Origin: Hormiphora californensis
Taxonomy: Eukaryota > Animalia > Ctenophora
Direction of reading: 5' to 3'
Assembly: GCA_020137815.1 (NCBI GenBank)
Contig: CM035350.1
Location: forward strand, 8,990,001-9,054,000
Length of the DNA stretch: 64,000 bases
The translations under genes and the position numbers were made by a program. How positions within the stretch are numbered: the stretch's first letter is position 1; each line of letters begins with the position of its first letter. The notes below the pieces were generated by a model. It did no database searches, was not told the DNA's origin, and saw only the letters and a program-made list of their open reading frames with translations. Below are positions 57,501-64,000 of this stretch, in pieces.

Positions 57501-59702
57501 TCAAGGGGGTCTGGTTGGAGTGTAGTAGAAGCAGATCTGCGTGTCAGGGGTCGCTTTGCCGTATCCTCTATCTCCTCTGTAGTGGTACTAGCAACACTAG
57601 ATTTCCGTGGTCTGCCCATCTTTTTAGGTTCCTTAGTAGTGGGGGTCCGGGATTTTCTCCCACCTTTGTTTACCCGCGCAGTGGGAGGTATGTCTTTAAC
57701 ATCGGGGGTTGCAGTGGATTTCTTGGGTGTCTCTTTTATCGCAACAGGAGTTGATTTCTTGGATTTTTCTCTGGCAGGAGTTGGTTTCTTGGCCGATTCC
57801 TTCGCAGCTTTCTTGCTCCCTGTAGCTGTTTCCTGTTTTGCTGATCTCCGTTTACTTCTCGACCTGCCGCTGTTAGCCGGGGTTTCTTGCTTATCTTCTT
57901 CTTCCGTATTTGACGTCATCGTTTCACTTTGTGACGTCATTGTCTCACTATGTGACGTCATTACATCGGTTGGTGGCGTCACGATACCTTGTTTAACAGG
58001 GCTTGCAGTCTGAATAACTGGAGCACATTTCACCGGGCTGGCAATGACCTGCTGCTGTTTTACAGGGCTGGCAATGACCTGCTGCTGCTGTTTTACAGGG
58101 CTGGCAATGACCTGCACCTGTTTTACAGGACTGCCCTGCATTCTGCTGTTTCATCACAGCCCTCTCATGCCTTGATAGTGGTGGTTAGTACTGCAACCGG
58201 TGTAGACTCGATCCTCTCTTTGAGAGATAACAACTCACTCTTCTCCTTCAGCTCCTGTCTAGCCTTATACAGCAGCTGTTCTACAACCCGCTTGTCCCTC
58301 ACCAAATCATTGCACCTTCTCCATTTTAGACTGGAGGTTCTCCTTCCAACTGACTAATGACCAGGTCCCTGTTTTGCAGTTGGGAGGAGTGGAGCAGCTC
58401 TGCACGATTTCCTCTCATCGAGCACTTCCTCCAGCTTGTTCTCAGCAACTTTACACCTCCCCTGCTAACCTTCTTTAGATCCCTCCTCAGCTCATCGCTT
58501 TCCTTCTCCTGTCGCTCCATGACCCTCCTGTATCCCCTCCATCTCCCGCTCTTGGGTCCGGAGTTTCAGTTGGCACGCCTCTAGCTCTACCTTGACCTTG
58601 TTGAGACTCTTACTTGCCTTACCTCCCCTACTCTCCATCTCTAACAGCTCCTTACTTTGAGTCTCCAGGATCCTGTTCTTATCCCTCAACTCTTCTGCCA
58701 TCCTGTTTACTGTAGCCCTCATCTTCGTAGTCGTCTTCTCCAGATCCTTACACGATTTACTCCGTTCAGTTCAGCTCCCGGGTCCTGGTTAGGAGCTTCC
58801 GGTGGGTAGTGGTTTGCTAACCGGCCCAGTTCTGCCTTGCTATATCTATCCTCGTTCTTCACCAGCAGCTCATCTCCACTGTTGCCATGGTTACCATGGT
58901 TACCAGATCGCGAGGAGGAGGAGCTGGGAGGTGAGCTGAACATCGCATCTGACAGGGTATATGCGACCCTCCGGTGGGTACTAGAATCAGGTTCCTTGGT
59001 TACCACCTGTTTCTTGCGTTTAGGATGCTGGGAAGGGCCAGGGGAGGAGGTAGAGGTAGAGGATGGTGGGTAATAAGTTGAGGAGGTTATTATTTTAGCT
59101 TTCTCTGCCTGCTGGACAGCGCTCCTCGCCTTGGAGTAGGTCGAGGGAGAGTAGGTTGTCATACTGTACTTGTAATCTTCCTTCAGGTCCACCTCCTTGT
59201 GGGCCTGGGCGATATCTAACTTGGTCTGATCTCGGGCTGCAAAACTCCTCCTTTTACTCTTAACACCATCTGTGGGGCTCTGCCGGGGAGCCGAGCTGTA
59301 GAAACGGGAGGGTGGGGCATGTGGGGGCTTAGTTGTAGTGGTTGTTGTTGTGGTGGTCTGTTCTGTTATTGTCATCTCCCCGTGCACCATCATACTGTCT
59401 CCATCTACTATCACGTCACACGCCGCATCTGGGGGAGAAGGAAGTGGTAAATTGAGGGGTGCTAGGACCTGGGAGAGAAGGAAAGTTAAAATGAGAGCGA
59501 GTTACTAGGACATGGGAAGACACTCACAACTATCTAACCACCCTTGACTATTGTGTACCATCTAACCTTACCCAGCCTTACCACCCCACTCGCCACTCTC
59601 TAACCACCCAACCACAAGTCCCAACTCACCACTGTTTTCCTCTATTATCGAGGGTGCTTGTCCGACCTGGTAGGGCTCAGTCCCTGAAGCCATCATACTC
59701 AT
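54576..59702 (-). CDS. MSL1: MSL1-like coiled-coil + PEHE protein (several frameshifts at 58100-58780 as assembled)
   Basis: Long coiled coil (58200-58750); PEHE region LPVPTFRE...EENADDQQYLKRHRKAEAAE; then ISAFRCPLPML...DFTLPW, matching MSL1 VVAFGRPLPKL...NFELPW; long S/P-rich tail. Confidence 0.72.
56659..57184. mobile_element. Truncated second copy of the CAGGGTG foldback MITE in an MSL1-like intron
   Basis: TA-CAGGGTGTTCAT start; palindromic about ~56975; right arm ends early at CCCCCAGGA. Confidence 0.88.
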
Positions 59703-59956
59703 ATTGGAAACATCAGCTATAGAAGATAATTAGTGTTAATTAAATAGACGGATAGGAGACTAATTAATTAATTGGAGGCAAAGTAGATTAAAATAATCTA
59801 TTGAGGACTTCTGGGAGAGAAAGCAAGATAAAAAGTGGAGAGATATGGAGAAAGGTGTGAAACAGACAGGGAAACGACTATGATATGTGATACGAATTAC
59901 AAAATGAAGTAAATTTACAAAAAACTGAGATAATTGATAAAAACTCTCTCTGACAG

Positions 59957-62900
59957 TCAAATAGTTGATAAAAATTCCCTGACTTCCTCTCGAGTGGTTG
60001 AACCCTGTTGAAGGGCTGGTAACGCCCACTCCTTGAAGGAGGGAGACCCGCCACAACATTGTCCAAAGAGAACCCAAAATGGGTCACCTTGCTCCGTGAT
60101 GTGATCCACCAACATCTCAGGTATCTCAGACCAGGGCTGCTGCTTGGTGGAGGTAACTGATTGCCGCTGTGCCGTTATACCCATCTCTAACAGCAGGCAA
60201 CCCACCACATCTTCTAAAGACTTTCTGTTTATAGCTGGGAGGGGAGGGGGATGTGAGAATTACCCAAATAAGGGCATAAAATGAAGTTGCCAGGGTTACT
60301 TGTATAATAATATTCCGTGCCTGTATACCAGCCATATCCGACAGAAGCATGTCAAATATTGGCGATATTCTAACGGATCATAAGAGCGCTTATCCTAGAA
60401 TAAAATACTAAAAACCATGATACATAGTTACCATAGTTACCATAGTAACCATAGTTACCTTGACTAGACAGGATGATCTTGAGGAACTTCCCAAATAGCT
60501 CCCCTAAGTTAACATCAAAATTAGGTTTAGCACCCAAGTAGCCTCCTGCTTTGTACAGATATTTAGCCATTGTAAGCCGTTGTGACTCCATCTCACTGTC
60601 GCCAAGTTGCCTCAGGATAGTGGTAGATAGACTCTAGGAGATCCCCAGAGTGGGGTAAGATCAGGAATCCTTCTATACACGCTGGTAGGACATTCTGTAT
60701 TAGTAGGGCCCGGAGATTGTTCCCCGATTTGGTTGTTTCAACTACCCTCTGTAGACAATCAGCCACCTCACACATCTCATTGACTCCACCCTGCAGAGAG
60801 AGAATTTAAATGTTAAACTTAGTTACTGAATTAGGTTCCTAGTAACTGAATTCAATTGACCAGTCCCATGTTTAACGGGGCTAAACTCCCAAATCATTAC
60901 CATGTGAGGGGTAAGTCGGGCGGCAACTCCAAGTGCACCAGCTAGGAATTCCTCCACATCAGCCCGGAGAGGGGAACTGGAGGATAACCCCGCTATGACG
61001 TCACACGTGGAGAGGAGGGTACAATAGAGGGATGAGGATTCAGGGCACTCCAGGAGAAGGTTCAGTTCGTTGGAGGATAGGAGGGTGGAGAGAACTTGAA
61101 TCGTGGATTGGGAGGTCACCTGAGGATTTATTTGGTCTTGGACTATCTTTTAACACGAGGACCAGGGGGATGATTCATTCACAATATATGCTCGAGTGAA
61201 TCTGAGATCTTTAAGTTTTAAAGAGGTACCGATGGGGAGAGAAATATATACCGAGAGACTGTATATTATACCATGTTCAGAAAACATGACGTCTAAATTA
61301 TAGTACCTGTATTAGACCATCCTCCTTGCCAGGTCTAACCACTCCCTTCTTTAAGATACCCTGTAGTCGTGTTGATACTTCCCTGGTCCACTGAGAGAGG
61401 AGGGTGTCCCCCGCATCAGCCCGGAGTATGGCCTTGGCAAGGGAACTCTTGATAGGGATCTTGGAGGAAGCCCTGTATTGAGTGAAACAAAGCTCTTCAA
61501 GGGGTGGCAGTCCCTGCTCTGGCAAGCTACCTGGGTGGGCGGGGATGTATTTGGTAAAGAAGGTGTTTGCCTTGCTGGACCCTGTTTCCCCGCACAAATG
61601 TAAAGGAGGGTCACAACATTTACAAGAATGTTCTAAGTACGTGGTTTCAGGTATTATATACAATTAGTACACATATTACCCACCTATAATAACGGAGATT
61701 GCCTCACAGCATCTCCCATCACCCCCATATCTCTCCAGCAACTGAGGAACACCAGGTACTACTTTACTAGTCACCCACCCCGCAGCCTTTCCATTCTTGG
61801 CTGTGTCCCGGGCACTGCAATGAAGTAGTATAGCCACCACCTCCAGAACCTGAGCTATCCTATCCGAATCACTGGACAGTAGAGGGTTACTGTCCTCCGA
61901 GAGAGTCACCTCGCCCTGCTCGGCACATTTCCTGACCAGAGCGAGGAGGCCCACCGCCAGCCGGAGGGAGGGACCCATCCCAACCTGGGTATACATGGCA
62001 GGGTATAGGACCCGGTGAAGGGTGGGGTGCTTCTCCAGGAGGTCCATTGTAATGGGGATCAGGGTGGAGAGGTCCGCATCGGAGGGGAGGTAGAGGGGCA
62101 CCAGGAGGGATACCAGACGGGTCCGGTGCTGGGAACTACTACCCTCAACGAGAGAGAGGAGGTCCTCGGCAGGAACTAGATCCCAGAACTGCAGGAAATG
62201 TGGTCGGTAAACATGTTGATTGATGCTATTTCTGAGAGAAATGAAGGAGGGCAGACAACTCGTAAACTCTAAACATTTCTAGATAACTCTAGAGTCTAGA
62301 CAACTCTGGAAGGGATGTTGGTAAGTTTGTATCTCCCATACCTTCATTATGCGTGTTTGATGGAGTGTCTCCAGAAGGGACACCATGGCATGCCGGACAG
62401 AGGAAGAGGGATGGTAGATATGGTTCTGTAACACCGGCATAACTTTCTTGAGAGCGGCATGACAGAGTGGGTTGTTTAGAAGCAGTTGGATACCCTGTGA
62501 GAGGTGGGAGAATTAGAATTGGGGTAATTAAAGCACAGAGATAAGAAAAGGTAATACTATGGATCGTAGCAAAGGGAGGAGTAGAACTTGGAACGGTGTA
62601 GTCGGGGGGGGGGGGTGTAGTCAGAGAATAGTATGCATGCACGAGAGAGAGAGGAAGAAGAAAGAACAAATCATGCAAATAGAGTAATGCTATACTGAGC
62701 TAATTTGTTACCTAAAGGGAGGATGTACCCAGAGGTCGTGATTGCTCAATCTAAGGGTCCCGACGCGACGCGAGGAAACAAAGCGAACCAATTATTGTAC
62801 CTGTAAAGCGGTGACGACAACTTCAGTGGAGGTCCGATCTAGAGGGATCTCCGTAGTGAGTGTGGTAAACAGGGCCATTAGATGGTGTGCTGGGATGAAC

Positions 62901-64000
62901 TCCCAGAACTTGTCCAGTACTTTGGCAGTCCCCCGGACAGCACAAACCCTCACTGTCTCATCATTGTCCATCAGGAGACTCTGGAAAATAGAGGATAGAT
63001 AGTAGACTCAGGACTGAGGTAGTAGACTGAGAGCTAGATTTGAGATTGGTAGTGATACAACCATCTGGCAGTTCAAGTAATTTCCTACCTGTATCTTCCC
63101 ACACTGTACGTTTAGCGCCTCATCAAATTGTACAACAGGGCACTGGGGTCTGATCAGTGGAAAAACGTCCAGGAGGAGGGAGGCGGCACTTGCCCGAACA
63201 TGCCCGTTAGGGAGGTCCAGGGCCCGCCATAAGATCGGGTTGTAGATATCATACAGGGTGTTCTCAATTTGGTGATCCTTCTTGTGTTTGTGGAGTACTG
63301 ACAACACCTAAAGATATGTAAAGATTGAAGGGATCAATACGTGAGTCGTGTGGTTTTACTTGTTTTAGCATGGAGAAATTGAAAGTTCTGGAGAGACTGG
63401 AGAGAGGATGAGAGAAGAAAAGAAAGAGAGGGAGAGAAAAAAAAGAGGGAGGGAGAGAGGGGAAGTTACATAGTACAGAGAGACAGTGCGTGTTAAATCT
63501 ATTGGATGACACGCAATGTTGTGATGATCTCATCACTATGTAAGTATAATAATTATAGTAGGGGATACCGGGGGGGGGGGGGGTACCCGGTACATTGTAC
63601 TCATCACTAGACACTATGTATAACAGTAGGTACATTGTATACAGAGTGAGGGGGTAATGGGTATCTATCTAGGAAGGAATCACAGGAATATATCACCACA
63701 AACAGACACAGACACACATACGGATGCCGGAGGGGGTTGGTTGCCTCAATAGTATGTCTCACCTTCAGTACATCTCCAGCAGCCTTGTTAGGGCCTGTCC
63801 TATGGCAATACAAAGCACACTTCGCTAGGTCCTGTAGAACAGTACTGGTGTACTCAGCTGATAAATTACCAGCCAGCCCCACTGCTTTATAATACACCTC
63901 CCCGATCTTGGGGAGATAACGACTCCCAGGGATAACGCTCTTCAAGGCCGTGTGAGTGGACTTCATCAGCTCAGGAGTGGCAACCAACACATGGGCGAGA
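59957..64000 (-). CDS. NCAPG2: Condensin II subunit G2 (5' end outside window)
   Basis: LYDIYNPILWRALDLPNGHVRASAASLLLDVFPL, VRVCAVRGTAKVLDKFWEFIP and FWDLVP match CAP-G2 HEAT-repeat motifs; multi-exon; stop at 59957. Confidence 0.85.

Noticed and set aside
54634-58357. Plus-strand ORFs (161, 204, 122 aa) over the MSL1-like gene
   Set aside because: Antisense shadows of low-complexity coding sequence.
58100-58780. Multiple frameshifts in the MSL1-like coiled coil (also in DUOXA ~15333, RTK ~31426, precursor exon 4, GORAB start, thioesterase) as pseudogenisation or programmed frameshifting
   Set aside because: Isolated single-base indels scattered over unrelated, otherwise intact genes point to assembly error; raw reads or RNA-seq would decide.

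Overview
Gene-dense eukaryotic (animal) DNA with short spliceosomal introns, long (AG)n/(CT)n microsatellites and many non-autonomous DNA transposons. The compact layout suggests a non-bilaterian such as a ctenophore, but that is inference only. Exons were spliced by hand. Left to right: p22phox/CYBA (-); a 149-aa calmodulin-like gene (+) whose first intron holds a complete antisense gene for a secreted PLAT + aerolysin/natterin-like protein; a class I SAM methyltransferase (-) head-to-head with a secreted precursor of three ~56-aa two-Cys helical peptides separated by KR sites (+); DUOXA (+); degenerate GPCR sequence (-); a ~17-kb receptor tyrosine kinase with CCP, two pentraxin, CCP and LDLa ectodomains (+); an orphan membrane ORF (+). 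A tightly packed minus-strand run follows, transcribed right to left: NCAPG2, MSL1-like, TM2D2, KAT8/MOF, GORAB, then a double-hotdog thioesterase. Best novelty candidates: the tandem-peptide precursor, the nested PLAT-aerolysin gene, the pentraxin RTK, their clustering with both NOX/DUOX maturation factors, and an operon-like MSL1-MOF cluster with splice acceptors just before the start codons. Scattered single-base frameshifts in conserved genes look like assembly errors.
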